Under the pieces are notes generated by a model that saw only the letters and a list, made by a program, of their open reading frames with translations, was not told the origin of the DNA and made no database searches. A stretch of 64,000 nucleotides of DNA from Hyaloraphidium curvatum SAG 235-1 (lineage: Eukaryota > Fungi > Monoblepharomycota). Of the stretch, positions 1-10,821 are shown piece after piece (position 1 is the first letter of the stretch; every line of letters begins with the position of its first letter). A program made the position numbers and the translations under genes. The DNA lies in assembly GCA_025558095.1 (NCBI GenBank), contig JAIVFI010000021.1:1-64000 (forward strand), written 5' to 3'.

Positions 1-599
1 GTCCTTGAGGGCGTGCCACCGCAGCCCGTCCAGGACGGCCTTGATCCACATGGATTTCCACACGAGGTAGACGGCCGGCGGCGCCCGCGTGCCCAGGAAG
101 CCGTCCACGTTGGAGCCCTCGAACTCGCGCTCGTCGCGGAAGCCCCAGGCCAGCGCCGAGGCGCGGTTCACCCGCAGCAGCCGGAATTGGAACCGGGCAA
201 AGTGGTCCGGCTGCCGCGGGCGGCCCGGCGGCGGGTCGGGCGAGGAGAGCAGCACGGCCTCGCCGGCGGCGGCGTCCAGGTAGATTTCGGGGTCGTCCGC
301 GGCGGTGGGGTGGGCCGCGAGAACCTCGGCCGGCGAGGGCGACACCAGCTCCACCATAATCAGCGCTGAAATTGGTTTCCCGCACATCCAATAGCGTGAA
401 ACGGGGTTGGGGACACACTGTCACGTGGGGTCTTCTCGGACACTGGGCGACACCCACCCTGCTCCGACGCGGCCCGAACGAATCCCCTGTGAAGAAACGT
501 CTCCGTACGCGCCTCGACCAGCAGCCGCTTCAGCTCGGCCGGGTCGTCGGGCAGCTCCGCGTCGTCGATGGCCGGCGGTGTCGGTGGCCGGGTCGGCAT
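1..599 (-). CDS. 5' part of a gene running off the left edge; possible PAS-like sensor domain
   Basis: ATG at 599 (MPTRPPTPP...), probable intron ending at AG 418, then an open frame to position 1 reading ...FQFRLLRVNRASALAWGFRDEREFEGSNVDGFLG..., which resembles the PAS N-terminal pattern VN-x-A-x3-G-x4/5-E-x2-G. Splice donor uncertain. Confidence 0.5.
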
Positions 600-1100
600 C
601 GCGGCGAAGGGCGGCCGGGTGGGCGCCCCGGCCGGCTACGATGACCGGGCTCTCTGCCGCCGTCGCCGGAGGGCGGCAGTCGGGAGGAGGGTCCGGGACC
701 TCGGCGTGGGACGCGGATTCACGGAAGGCTGGGAAATGGCTAAGCCCGCCACCGCCCCCTGCGCATCCCGTCCCGACCGCGATGCGAGATTGGGCGAGGC
801 TCGTGACTTGAGGCCGTCCTTTTCATCTTTTCCGTCCACAGGACCACGATTCCGGGGCTGATCGAAGCTGGCGCAGTCGCGTCCCGAGGACCCCAAGGAC
901 CCAAGGGCTGCCCTTGCGAGTCTCTGGCGCGAAGGCGATTTCGGAAATGAGATTGGCAGCAATAGCTTTCGGCGGATGAGCAAAATCAATGTAGGTCGCC
1001 GAAGAATGTCTAGTGGCGCCCGTCGAGGCCGATTCATACATAGAGCGAGGCAGTGGAATTGCTGGGACCGCGGACCGGAACGGGACGGAAGACTGGTGCT

Positions 1101-1882
1101 TCAGTATTGCGCCTGGTAAACGTAGAAGTTGTATCCCTGGCCCCCAAGCGCGGCGTCAGTGGCGCCGAGCTCCCTCTGCGGGGGCCGACCCACCATGTAC
1201 GCGTGGATCGCGGCCGCGACGGCGATCCCGTTCTTGTCGGGCGAGTCGGCGCGAGTGGCGCGCATGTCTGCGGGGCGCGCGGTGAGACGGGTTCCAGGGG
1301 AGGAAGCAGGGGCGGGACGTACAGGCGAGGCGCGCAGCGAGGCCCAAGTGGAACACATTGTAGGCCAGCCTGTCGGAGGGTGGCGGGTGAGAATCTGCGT
1401 AACCAGGAGACCTCGAGGAAAGCGCTCTGGACTCACCCGATCTAGTAGTTCCGGACCGCGGTCGCCCAAAGGGGATCAGTCCCGCTCCTTCAACCAACGG
1501 CCCCGAAAACACCCACGACTTTGAGACCGTCCGTCTGCCCGCTCCTCCAGAAGATGAACGACGGCAGCGAGACGAGGGACAGCGCGGCGATGGCGTAGTT
1601 CACGTCCCCGTCGGCGTCCTTCCGGTGTAGCGGCGTCAGCGCCGCGAAACGGGGATGGAAGACCCTGAACCGCACCTTGCCCGCGTTAATCTTGCCGGCC
1701 GCCACGAGGGGAGTCAGCCCCTCGAGGATGGCTGGGATTCCGGCGGCCGTTGCGGTTTGGGGGACGGGCGGAGGACGCGTGGCGGAGTGTCACCCGGCCC
1801 GCCGGCGGCGCTCCGGAGGCCCGGCAAGGGGCGCACCGTTTGTCAGGAACAGCGTGGGCCACGAGAGGGTGAGCGGAGCCAT
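1101..1882 (-). CDS. Small (~130 aa) multi-pass membrane protein of unknown function, 7 exons including a 5-nt microexon
   Basis: GT-AG introns at 1836-1732, 1675-1619, 1498-1442, 1436-1370, 1322-1268, 1193-1137 give one frame: MAPLTLSWPTLFLTNAILEGLTPLV...YAIAALSLVSLPSFIFW...VVGVFGAIGLAYNVFHLGLAARLAY...IAVAAAIHAYMGYNFYVYQAQY*; four hydrophobic segments. Confidence 0.7.
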
Positions 1883-2054
1883 GGCGGTCGGACGGCGGGG
1901 GCGGTGTCGGGGTGCTGATGTTTTGGGGGTTCACGCGGCGGCCGAACGGTTGGGGACCCTGCGCTGCAGCACTTGGCACAGACCGGGAGTATACCGATCA
2001 TGATTGCTCTGTTCCGAATCCGTTGTCTCCTCGTTCCGAAGCTCCTCGTTGCGC

Positions 2055-2687
2055 CTAGTAGGCTCGCCTCCGCGGCGTGTAGCTGAAAGTCTGAACTTCC
2101 TTCCCCGCCTTCTCCGTGAGGGTGGGCGCCCCGCAAACCTTGTGCCAGATGTTGTAGTCCTCGTCGGAAGGTCCGTAGTCCTCGAAGATGACGGCGAGGT
2201 TTCCGATGCGGCTCGCGTGCAGCGCCCTGAGCTCGACCTCGAAGCCGACCAGCGTCGGAGCGGAAAGCGCGAGAAGCGGCCCCAGGTCCTCCAACTCCTG
2301 GACCGGCGCCGACAGGCTCAGGCTGACGAGGTTGCTGCACAGCGGCACGAGATCTTCCATGCTCTGCGGCGGGGCCTGCCACGGAGCCGCTATCGACCGT
2401 GTGTGCGTGAAGCGTCTCCCGTCGCCGAGGTTCCGCAGGAGGGAGACGAACGCCACGCAGCTCGGGCCGAAGACGATCTCCTCGTACGGGAACACCAGCT
2501 CGCGGTAGAGGAAAGGCTCGGCAGCGTCCCGGAAGGACCGGGCGACGAGGCTGAAGGCCAGCAGGTCGCGCTTCGCCGAGAGGCGTTCCGCGATGAGCAC
2601 GAGCACGTCGTGCGGCACAGGAGGGCGCGGAAGCGGGTTCCTCGCGCTGCGGAGATTGCGACTGCCGCGCTTCGGTTTGGGGACCAT
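2055..2687 (-). CDS. F-box-like/LRR-like protein, internally deleted tandem paralogue of 2850-4028 (possibly non-functional)
   Basis: PHDVLVLIAERLSAKRDLLAFSLVARSFRDAAEPFLYREL is an F-box-like motif; N- and C-termini align with the neighbour but ~180 central residues are missing (210 vs 392 aa). Confidence 0.65.
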   Translation of the reverse strand: MVPKPKRGSRNLRSARNPLPRPPVPHDVLVLIAERLSAKRDLLAFSLVARSFRDAAEPFLYRELVFPYEEIVFGPSCVAFVSLLRNLGDGRRFTHTRSIAAPWQAPPQSMEDLVPLCSNLVSLSLSAPVQELEDLGPLLALSAPTLVGFEVELRALHASRIGNLAVIFEDYGPSDEDYNIWHKVCGAPTLTEKAGKEVQTFSYTPRRRAY

Positions 2688-2849
2688 GGCTCCGAGGGCC
2701 GGTGTGTCAATGTGGGGGCGGGGGCGAGAAGAGGACGTGCAAAGGTTGCGACGGCCTCGCAACCAACGCTTTTACCCCAAAGATTGTTCGTAGACCTCTA
2801 GCTAGCTACTCAGAGACCTTGTTCTCCCTTCCTTATTGCCTACTTGACG

Positions 2850-4028
2850 TCAGCCGCTCTTCCGCGGGCGGTAGGTGAAGGTTTGTTCGACCTTTCCGCC
2901 CCGATTCGAAACCACGGCTTCGCCGCACACCTCTCGCCAAAGCTCGACGTCCTTCTCAGGGGCAGCGAGCAGCGTGTTGCAGAAGACCACGATGCTGCCG
3001 ATTCGGCTCCGGTCGAGCATCGTCCGCAAGGCGTCCGCCCCGATCTGGCCAAAGATCCCGCCTTGGAAGAAGCAATCGAACAAGAACAGCTCCGAAACCT
3101 CTATCGGGCTCTCGCCAAAGAGCGGGAGCAGATAGTCCATCGGGGAGTGAATAAACGAGAGCTTCGTCGGCGGCTGGCCGAGCTTCTGCAGCGCGGCGAC
3201 CGTGGCGGGAACGGCTTGGTGGATCCGCAGCTCGAGCGGACGCATCAAGGAAAGCGGATCTCCCGGCGTCGTCGCAAGCTTTTCGAGGACGGTGTGATCG
3301 ATGAACGTGAGGCGTTTCAGGAGGGGAGCCGCCGAGTTCCAGAAGCCATCCCCGCTGGGCTCTTGGTAGAAAGTAAACGGGACCGCAAGGTCGATGCTCT
3401 TCAGCCCGGGCATCCAGCGAATCATGCCTCTGAGCACTGCCTCGGCTTCGTCGCAGTCGAACCCGTCCGGGATGCTCTTTTCGTTCTCGAGTCGGTACCA
3501 GACCGACAGCGCCCACTCCCTGCGCGGCAGCGGCTCGAGAGAGCCCCAGTCGGGGATGTGCCCCGTCCGCACGCACATGACGTCGACCGACACGTTGACC
3601 AAGCTCGGGCACGACCGGGCCAGGACCGATAGCTCGTCGATTTCCAGCGCCGAGAGGCTGAGTCTCTCGAGGTTCGTGCAGAGCGGCAGCAGGTCAAACA
3701 TGCTCGCCGGTGGGGCCTGCCAGGGAGCCTTTATCGACCTCGTGTGCGCGAACCGCCGCCCGTCCCCGAGGTTCTGCAGCAGGGACATGAAAGCCGCGCA
3801 GCTTGGGCCGAAATCCACATTCTCGTGCGGGAATACGAGCTCTCGATAGAGGAGAGGCTCTGCCGCCTCGCGGAAGGCCCGGGAGACGAGGCTGAAGGCA
3901 GCGAGGTCGCGCTTTTCGGAGAGGTGCCCCGCGAGCAGCACGAGAACGTCGTGCGGCGGGGGCGGGCGCCGGGGCGGCGGCTCCGCTGCAGCGACACTAC
4001 GGCGGCCGCGTTTCCGCTTGGGTGGCAT
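2850..4028 (-). CDS. F-box-like/LRR-like protein, intronless
   Basis: MPPKRKRGRR basic N-terminus, F-box-like PHDVLVLLAGHL...LAAFSLVSRAFREAAEPLLYREL, LxxLxL repeats (CTNLERLSL, MPGLKSIDL), C-terminal ELWREVCG...TFTY motif. Confidence 0.75.
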   Translation of the reverse strand: MPPKRKRGRRSVAAAEPPPRRPPPPHDVLVLLAGHLSEKRDLAAFSLVSRAFREAAEPLLYRELVFPHENVDFGPSCAAFMSLLQNLGDGRRFAHTRSIKAPWQAPPASMFDLLPLCTNLERLSLSALEIDELSVLARSCPSLVNVSVDVMCVRTGHIPDWGSLEPLPRREWALSVWYRLENEKSIPDGFDCDEAEAVLRGMIRWMPGLKSIDLAVPFTFYQEPSGDGFWNSAAPLLKRLTFIDHTVLEKLATTPGDPLSLMRPLELRIHQAVPATVAALQKLGQPPTKLSFIHSPMDYLLPLFGESPIEVSELFLFDCFFQGGIFGQIGADALRTMLDRSRIGSIVVFCNTLLAAPEKDVELWREVCGEAVVSNRGGKVEQTFTYRPRKSG

Positions 4029-4242
4029 GGTCGTGGGTGGGACGAAAGGTCCGCAAGAGGTGTTGCAGGTTGGAAGCGAACGATGAGCTGGCCTCCCGCA
4101 GTCGCCCGCGGCGCCTTGACGCACGGACTGCACACATTTAGCTTGATCCTATCTACTCGTCATCAGTGTTCACTACAGTGAAATTGGCCTTTCCAGTTCG
4201 GTTCCGAAACCGGACTCTCCGTGTCCTCGTGACGAGCTTCTG

Positions 4243-4345
4243 TCAAGTGCCCTTACGTGGCGTGTACGTGAAGGTCTGCACGTCATCTCCCCACTCGTGC
4301 GTAACTTGAGGCTCCCCGCAGACCCCGCGCCACAGCTGGAGATCG
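4243..4345 (-). pseudogene. 3' remnant of the same F-box/LRR-like family
   Basis: Translates as DLQLWRGVCGEPQVTHEWGDDVQTFTYTPRKGT*, matching the family C-terminus (ELWREVCGEAVV...VEQTFTYRPRKSG*); no upstream part is present. Confidence 0.65.
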
Positions 4346-4466
4346 CTGGACGCCCGAGCAAAACGCGACGGCGTCACAGGCCATATTTGACAAAGCCAGT
4401 CTCGGATTCCGTGTCCAAAAACAAAGCGCAAACAACGATAGACAGTCATCCCCTTCCAAAGCCTCG

Positions 4467-6034
4467 TCAGGCCTGCCCATCCCGCCTCCTCGCCTTCTTC
4501 GCCCCGCGGAACTTGCCCAGGCAGTCCCCGACCGGCCTCTGCACCATCCCGGAGCGCGCCCTTCCCGCTCTCCGCGAGAACATGTCGATCCCCCCGCTCC
4601 TCTCGTCCACGGCGTAGCCCATGTCGCGGAAGGAGAGCGCGGTGAGCATGCTGAGCGGGTTGCGCGTGCCCGCGGGCGAGATCAGCCCAGTCATGAGCTC
4701 CGTGTACATGCTGGCCTCGCGCCAGTGCCCGCACGCGCGGCCGATGCCGCCCTGCGATTCTACGGGGGGCGGGGTGGCGGCGTCGAAGCCGATGCGGACC
4801 ATGGAGGAGCGCGCGGCGCGGCCGGCGTACGAGGCCGATTGGAGGTCGCCGGCGGCGGCGTGGGCCTCGCAGTCCAGGGGGCGGATGAGGTTCTTGTCCT
4901 TCCAAAGGGTGCCGAAGCCGAGCACGTGGGCCTGTTGGGGATGTGGCGCGATCAGTCGGATCACCCACTGTGGATGACAGGCGGTGGCGCGTACCATTTC
5001 GTGCTCCAGCACGGGCTGCAGCGTGCCCTCCTGGAGCATCTGCTGCCAGTCGGCAATATCCAGGGCGATGAAGCCCGACAGGGGCAACTGTTTGCCCGGG
5101 AGTGCCGGATCACGGGTGTACAGCGGCCCGCTGTAGGCCAGCGTGCCGCCAGGGCCGTCGACGGGCGACAGCTCGAAGGAGATGAGGATGTCGTCGACGT
5201 ACCCGCAGCTCGCTATCGGGTTTCCGAACGCGTCCTGCAGGCAGTCGTCGATCTCCGCGTAGTCCTCGGTGGTCATGGCGGGCAGGTCGCCGACGATGAT
5301 CGACATCCACCGCCGCGCGGCGCGCACGATGGCGGCGTTGAGCGCGGGGTTGGGCACGCAGGTCACAATCTCGATGTTGAAGACCGAGTTGGGCGAGTCG
5401 CGGGCCCCGGGAGGCAGGTTGTAGGGGACGGGCAGGTAGCGGCACCCTGCCTGCAGGATGCGGTTGGAAGGGTGGAGGCGGGGTACGCGCGTGCGCACGG
5501 CAGCGGGCTGGAACAAACATTGACGTGAGATAGGGCCGAAGCAGTGAACAGGGAACCCACTCTCCGTGCCGTCGTCGGGCGAGGGGCGCGGGGATGCAGC
5601 CGGAGCACGGGGGCCGAGGGCGGCGGCGCTTCCGGGGGCACGGTGCGGTCCGGTGGCCGCAACTGCTGTTCGGCGGGCAGAAGAGCACTTTCCCGGGTGG
5701 CCGCCAATTCGTCGGTGCGAACTGGGGCGGGGGCGATGGGGCTGCAATTACGGCGCGGATTATTCGGTGCGCGGGGCGACGGCTGGCCGGGCGAAAAGAC
5801 CGACCTCGGGGGCACCGGCGGGCCTTTGGAGACCTCCGGAGTGCCATGCGGCAGGAAGGGAGTGGCCGCCGGCTCCGCGGAGGGCGGTGGCTGCGGTGCG
5901 GGGTCTCGCGAGGGGAGCAGCGGCGCGGCGGCGGCGATGCGGCCAGCAGCCGCGAGCAGCGCAGCCGTGGCCACGAGGGCCAGAGTCCTCAATGAAGCCC
6001 GCCTCCGGGCGGGCGCAAGTTGTCGACGTGTCAT
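4467..6034 (-). CDS. Secreted leishmanolysin-like (peptidase M8-related) zinc metalloprotease
   Basis: Hydrophobic N-terminal signal (LALVATAALLAAAG); introns 5560-5508 and 4994-4932; the spliced product restores HEMAHVLGF, followed by third-ligand GHW and Met-turn ELMTG. Confidence 0.85.
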
Positions 6035-7215
6035 TCCGTGAATGCGGTGTGAGTCGTTCGGCGGCAAATGGAGGCGCAGGCTGTGGTGCTTGCCGCGGTC
6101 CCGGCCCACGTCCCCAATATGACGCAACAGGGGGACCACACAAAATGCCTGGCCGGTGGCCCCGGAAGTGCACGGCGGGCGGCCGCTGAATTAGGAGCAC
6201 CTCATATGGCTCGTGCCGGCCCGTCCTCGGGGGCTTTCGTTCCTCAACCCTCCTCCGGTGCGGCTTCCGGGTGCGACCGCCTCCGGCTCCAGCCATTGGC
6301 AGCACCGCCCTCGGCAAAGCGGTCCCGAATCGCGCCGTTCAGGCGCCGTCGAGGATCTGCGGCATCCCGCCCCGAGGCTCTCGACCTCCGGCCAAAGGCC
6401 GTGCTCGTCTTCCGACGACGGGGCCGGCGGCGGACTGTGCGCCGAACCTCCGCGAAGCCGCAGGCGCGCGCGGGGTTGTTCCCCGACCGGCCACCCGCGC
6501 GTCGCGCTTGCAGTGCACGGACGGCCTCTTAAGTGACCGGCAAGGCATCCCCTCCCAATTCTCGTGCGTTCATCTGTGGACCATGGCCACGTCCTCGATT
6601 GGAAGCGTCCGGGAGGACCGGGCGGGGCCCCGGCCATGAAAGCCGCGGGTGCGTTGCGCCAGGGGTCAACAGGACCCCGAGGTCCGAGCGTTCCAACCGG
6701 CCACCCCTTGGGCCCCTTACGCCGTGCACGGACGGCTGTCCGGTTGCCAGATGTGAGTGGAAAAATCGAGAGCGGCGGAGCGCCGGCGCTCCCTCCGTCG
6801 GGCAGTGCGGGACGGCGAAGCGCCAGAAGATGATGCCCACCCCGAGGCTTTCTTCCTCCCACGCCCAATCGAAGCCGATGTTTGGTCTTGGTGGGATTGC
6901 AGTCCAGTGGCCAGGGCTCGACCCGAGCTTCGTGGTGCAAGGCGAAGACTATTCTCTGCCTGGAACTCGGAGCAGCGGCTCGTTCACACCGCGGCGACTA
7001 CGTCTGACCATCCGGCCACAAGTGTTTTGCCTGCTGAAGAACCTGTGTGCTGCGTTCGATGTGGCGACGGCGGCGACGGCGGAAACCCCTTTGAAATAGG
7101 CTCCGCGGGACCGCCGCGGGAGACAGCCGGTCAGGCCAGGCTCCAAGCGGCCGGAAAGGAAGAAGGCCGCGCTAAATATTGCCGAACGAGTGCCCACGTG
7201 CCGCAGGTCGCGAGA

Positions 7216-8601
7216 ATGGAGCTCCCCAACGCCGCCGCGCCGTCGTTCGCCGGGGTCCCCGAGAAACCGAAGGCCGGCCCCGCCAAGCCGCCGCCGCTCC
7301 TGTTCACGCCGCTGAAGGTCGGCGGGATCACGCTCAAGAACCGGATCATGCTGGCGCCCATGGCGCAGTACTCGTCCAAGGACGGCCGGTTCAACTCTTG
7401 GCACATCGCTCATTTGGGGCAGTATGCCACGCGCGGCGCGGGGCTGGTCATGTCCGAGGCGGTCGCGGTGCAGGAGTTTGCGCGGATCACGCCGCAGTGC
7501 GCGGGCTTGTGGCGGGACGACCAGATGCCCGAGTATGCGCTGGTGGCAAAGTACATCAAGGTCGGTCTCCTTGGGCGGCGCTCTTTCGGCCCGTGTTCAT
7601 CGCGTTCCCGTGTTCAGGACCAGGGCAGCGTGCCGGCCATCCAGCTCCACCACGCCGGCCGCAAGAGCAGCATGTACAGCTCGCTGCTCAACGTCGGCGC
7701 CGACACGCTCTGCCCCGAAGCCGACGGCGGCTGGCCGCGCAAGACCACCTCCTCGTCGGCGATACCAATCCACGACAAGGCGCCCGTTCCCCGGGAGCTC
7801 ACCGTCGCCGAGATCAAGGAGAGCGTGCAGGCCTGGGCCGATTGCGCGCGGCGGGCGCACCTCTGCGGCTGGGAGGTCGTGGACATCCACGCCGCGCACG
7901 GGTACCTGATCCACCAGTTCCTGACGCCGGTGGTGAACAAACGGACGGACGAGTACGGCGGCTCGTTCGAGAACCGGATCCGGTACCTGCTCGAGATCAT
8001 CGCGGCCATGCGGAGGCCGGGCTACTGGCCGCCCGAGAAGCCCATCTTCGTCCGGCTCAGCTGCTCCGAGTACCTCGAAGGCAGCCCGGACCATCCCGAG
8101 ATATGGGCCATGGACGACACCCTCCGCCTGATCGACATCCTCCGCAGGCCGCCCTACTCGGTCGACCTGATCGACGCCTCCTCGGGCACCTCGGTCAAGT
8201 GGACCGGCCTCGGACGGACGCAGATCCAGGCGACGCCGTTGTTCAACGCGGGGTACTCTGCCGAGATCAAGCGCCGCTTCGGAGACTCGATACTCGTGGG
8301 CTGCGTGGGCGGGATCACCGAGGGCGAGCAGGCCGAGTGGGTGCTACGGAGCGGGGCGGGGGACGCGGTGCTCGTCGGGAGGTGGGTCATCTGCCGCGTC
8401 GTCTGGGATTGGGTGCTGACGAGCCTCGCGGCCGGCAGGGAGTTCATGAGGGACCCGTCGCTGGTGCTCAAATGGGCCGAGGAGCTCGGGTGCGAGGTGA
8501 CCTACCCCTTGCAGTATCATCGCTACCTGCTCCGGAGGAAGGACCCGCGGGAGGTCGAGAAGGACAGGGCAAGGAGGCGGTCGGAGGGTTGGAAACTGTG
8601 A
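7216..8601 (+). CDS. NADH:flavin oxidoreductase / Old Yellow Enzyme (YqjM/XenA-like)
   Basis: LFTPLKVGGITLKNRIMLAPMAQYS, IQLHHAGRK, IHAAHGYLIHQFL, NKRTDEYGGSFENR, DAVLVGREFMRDP after removing 57-nt introns 7561-7617 and 8382-8438. Confidence 0.95.
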   Translation: MELPNAAAPSFAGVPEKPKAGPAKPPPLLFTPLKVGGITLKNRIMLAPMAQYSSKDGRFNSWHIAHLGQYATRGAGLVMSEAVAVQEFARITPQCAGLWRDDQMPEYALVAKYIKVGLLGRRSFGPCSSRSRVQDQGSVPAIQLHHAGRKSSMYSSLLNVGADTLCPEADGGWPRKTTSSSAIPIHDKAPVPRELTVAEIKESVQAWADCARRAHLCGWEVVDIHAAHGYLIHQFLTPVVNKRTDEYGGSFENRIRYLLEIIAAMRRPGYWPPEKPIFVRLSCSEYLEGSPDHPEIWAMDDTLRLIDILRRPPYSVDLIDASSGTSVKWTGLGRTQIQATPLFNAGYSAEIKRRFGDSILVGCVGGITEGEQAEWVLRSGAGDAVLVGRWVICRVVWDWVLTSLAAGREFMRDPSLVLKWAEELGCEVTYPLQYHRYLLRRKDPREVEKDRARRRSEGWKL

Positions 8602-8759
8602 TCGGGGGCCGGGGCAGACCGATGTCCTGTCCAGATCGAATCAGTGGCGGGTCGTAGGCCCGGGAGAGTAGAGAAATTCGAGGTCTTGGCGTGTGATGGC
8701 AGCTGTAGGTGGTGAGAATGATTGAGCATGTCGTGGGATTGTCGAACAATGGAGGATCG

Positions 8760-9373
8760 GAGGTCGTCTCTGGAACACGGATGGAGAGCGATTGTTGCAG
8801 GCGGGAGCCAGCTCATCGTTCGCCTTTAACCTTCGAGACCTCTTGCGGCCTTGTCTTCTCCCCCATGAGAACGCACCGATCCTTCGCCATTTCGCGGTCA
8901 ACCACGACGTTCTCGAAGCTCTTTCCGAGATGCCCTGCAATCCGCTCGGAATGATGCGCCTGGCCAAGCTGATGATCTTTTCCGCCGACCCCGATACGGC
9001 GGTGGCGCTGCGGAAGCTCGGGAAGCCCCCATCGCAGCTGCGAATATACTTCACCCCGGCCGAGTTCCTGCTTCTTCTCAACGACCAAGACACCCCGATT
9101 GCGCTTGATCACCTGGCGCTCGAAGATTGCACCTGGAGCGGCCAGATCTACGGCGACATACCTACTCCGGAAGCGATGCGGCGGCTGCTCGACGAGAGTG
9201 AGATCGGCAGGCTCGAAATCGTCTTTTCTGAGGACCCTAGCTTGATCTCAAGGGACCTGGAGCTCTGGAGCGGACTGTGCGGGGAGCCCAGCATCACCGA
9301 GAATGACAGGACTTCGGTCAGGATCTTCACGTACCCGCCACCCAAGCAGACTTGCGCTGTTGGTGACTCCTAG
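8760..9373 (+). pseudogene. 5'-truncated F-box/LRR-family fragment (C-terminal half only)
   Basis: ALRKLGKPPSQL...AMRRLLDESEIG...DLELWSGLCGEP...IFTYPP aligns with ALQKLGQPPTKL...LRTMLDRSRIG...ELWREVCG...TFTYRP of 2850-4028; no F-box and no suitable upstream ATG. Confidence 0.7.
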
Positions 9374-9684
9374 GGGACATTTCCTGAAGCTCTCCTTGTA
9401 CACTTTGCTTGCTCCTCCCATAGGATCGGCGGCGCGCGCGAGGGTTCCGAGCGGGCGATCGGCCTTTGGTTGGTCGCCAAGTAGTAGATGAGGACCGTGG
9501 CGAAATGCGGCGGACGTAGCTAGATGAGCAGAGCTCGAGCTTTCAATGTTAGCCAACGACGATCTCTACATATTCTCGACGAGTGCTAGCTCCGCGAAGC
9601 TCTCTCGTTTCGGATTGGCGCCTACTCTCGCCGCACTCCACAACACCACGCGGCGCCCTCTTCCTCCATTGCCTTCGGCTCGCA

Positions 9685-10750
9685 ATGGCACCGCCGACCA
9701 AGATCACGCTCGCCTGCGTGCCCGAGCACTTCAACATCCCGATGCAGCTCGCCCCGAACCTCGCCGCGCTGCGCGAGCGCGGCATCGAGCTGGACGTCCG
9801 CATTGCCAAGGGCGGCACGGGGGAGATGGTCGGCCTGCTGGAGCGCGAGGAGATTGACATCGCCGTGGCGTTGACGGAGGGGCTGGTCGCCGGTAAGCGC
9901 TGCCGACGCGTGCCGACGCGTGCCGACGAACCGACGACGCGTTGCCACGTCCCCGAACAGCGCTGGCAAACAACGCCGACTCCAAAATCCGGCTCATCGG
10001 GACATACGTCGCCTCCCCGCTCAACTGGGGCATCTCCGTCTCGCCCACCCTCTCCCCCGCGTCCGAGCTCACGGACATGATGTCGATCCCGCTGGGTTCC
10101 ACCATCACCGTGTCGCGCATGGGCTCCGGATCGCACGTCATGGCGGTCGTGCTCGAGGAACGGATCCGGGAGGCGGAGAAGGCCAAGGGTGGGGTGCCGA
10201 CGGACGCCGGGTTCGGCTGGGACGTGGCCAAGGACTGGGAGGGCATGAGAAAGAGCATTGCCGAGGGCAAGGGCAAGGCCATGATGTGGGAGTACTTTAC
10301 CACCAAGGTGCGTGTCGTGTGTCGGCTGAGGTCGCAGGTCATTGAGCTGACGGTCCGCCCTCCCAGCCCTGGTACGACTCGGGCGAGCTGCGGCACCTCG
10401 ACACCCTTACCCCCCCGTGGCCTGCCTTCCTCCTCGCCTCCACCCCCTCCGCCATCTCCCGCCTCACCCCTACGGTCGTCACCACCTTCCTCTCCGCCCT
10501 CACCGAGCTTACCGCCGCCTTCAAGAAGGGCGGAGCCTCGAGCATCGCCCACCTCACGGCGCCGCCCTTCAACTACAAGCCCGAGGACGCGGAAAAGTGG
10601 CTCGCGGGCACGCGGTGGGCGGAGCGGCCGGGGGAGATCGGGAGGAAGGAGGTGGAGCTGACCGTGGACGTGCTGCGGAAGGCGGGGATGGTCAAGGAGG
10701 AGGTGGAGCCGAGCAAGTGGCTCGGGGAGAGGGTCGGCAAGTTCGTCTGA
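9685..10750 (+). CDS. Ca3427-like periplasmic-binding-fold (NMT1/THI5 superfamily) protein
   Basis: VPEHFNIP, GGTGEM, DIAVALTEGLVA, GTYVASPLNWGIS, VSRMGSGSHVM, MWEYFTTKPWYD, TPPWPAF; introns 9893-9960 and 10308-10366. Confidence 0.85.
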
Positions 10751-10821
10751 CGGACCTGCCGCCCGAGAAAAGCGCTCTTTGTCACCACGAACAAGCTTCT
10801 TTTGCCGGCCGTCGATCCGGC

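Noticed and set aside
930-1010. Possible TIR-like C-terminal relic (GD.YIDF...LISEI) on the minus strand
   Set aside because: Too short, needs a frameshift, and has no supporting upstream sequence.
6757-7215. 153-aa N-terminal extension of the Old Yellow Enzyme
   Set aside because: Starts at a non-ATG codon, lacks the GC3 bias of the gene; family homology begins shortly after ATG 7216.
9901-9940. Short tandem repeat (TGCCGACGCG)x2-3
   Set aside because: Lies inside an intron; ordinary slippage with no evidence of function.
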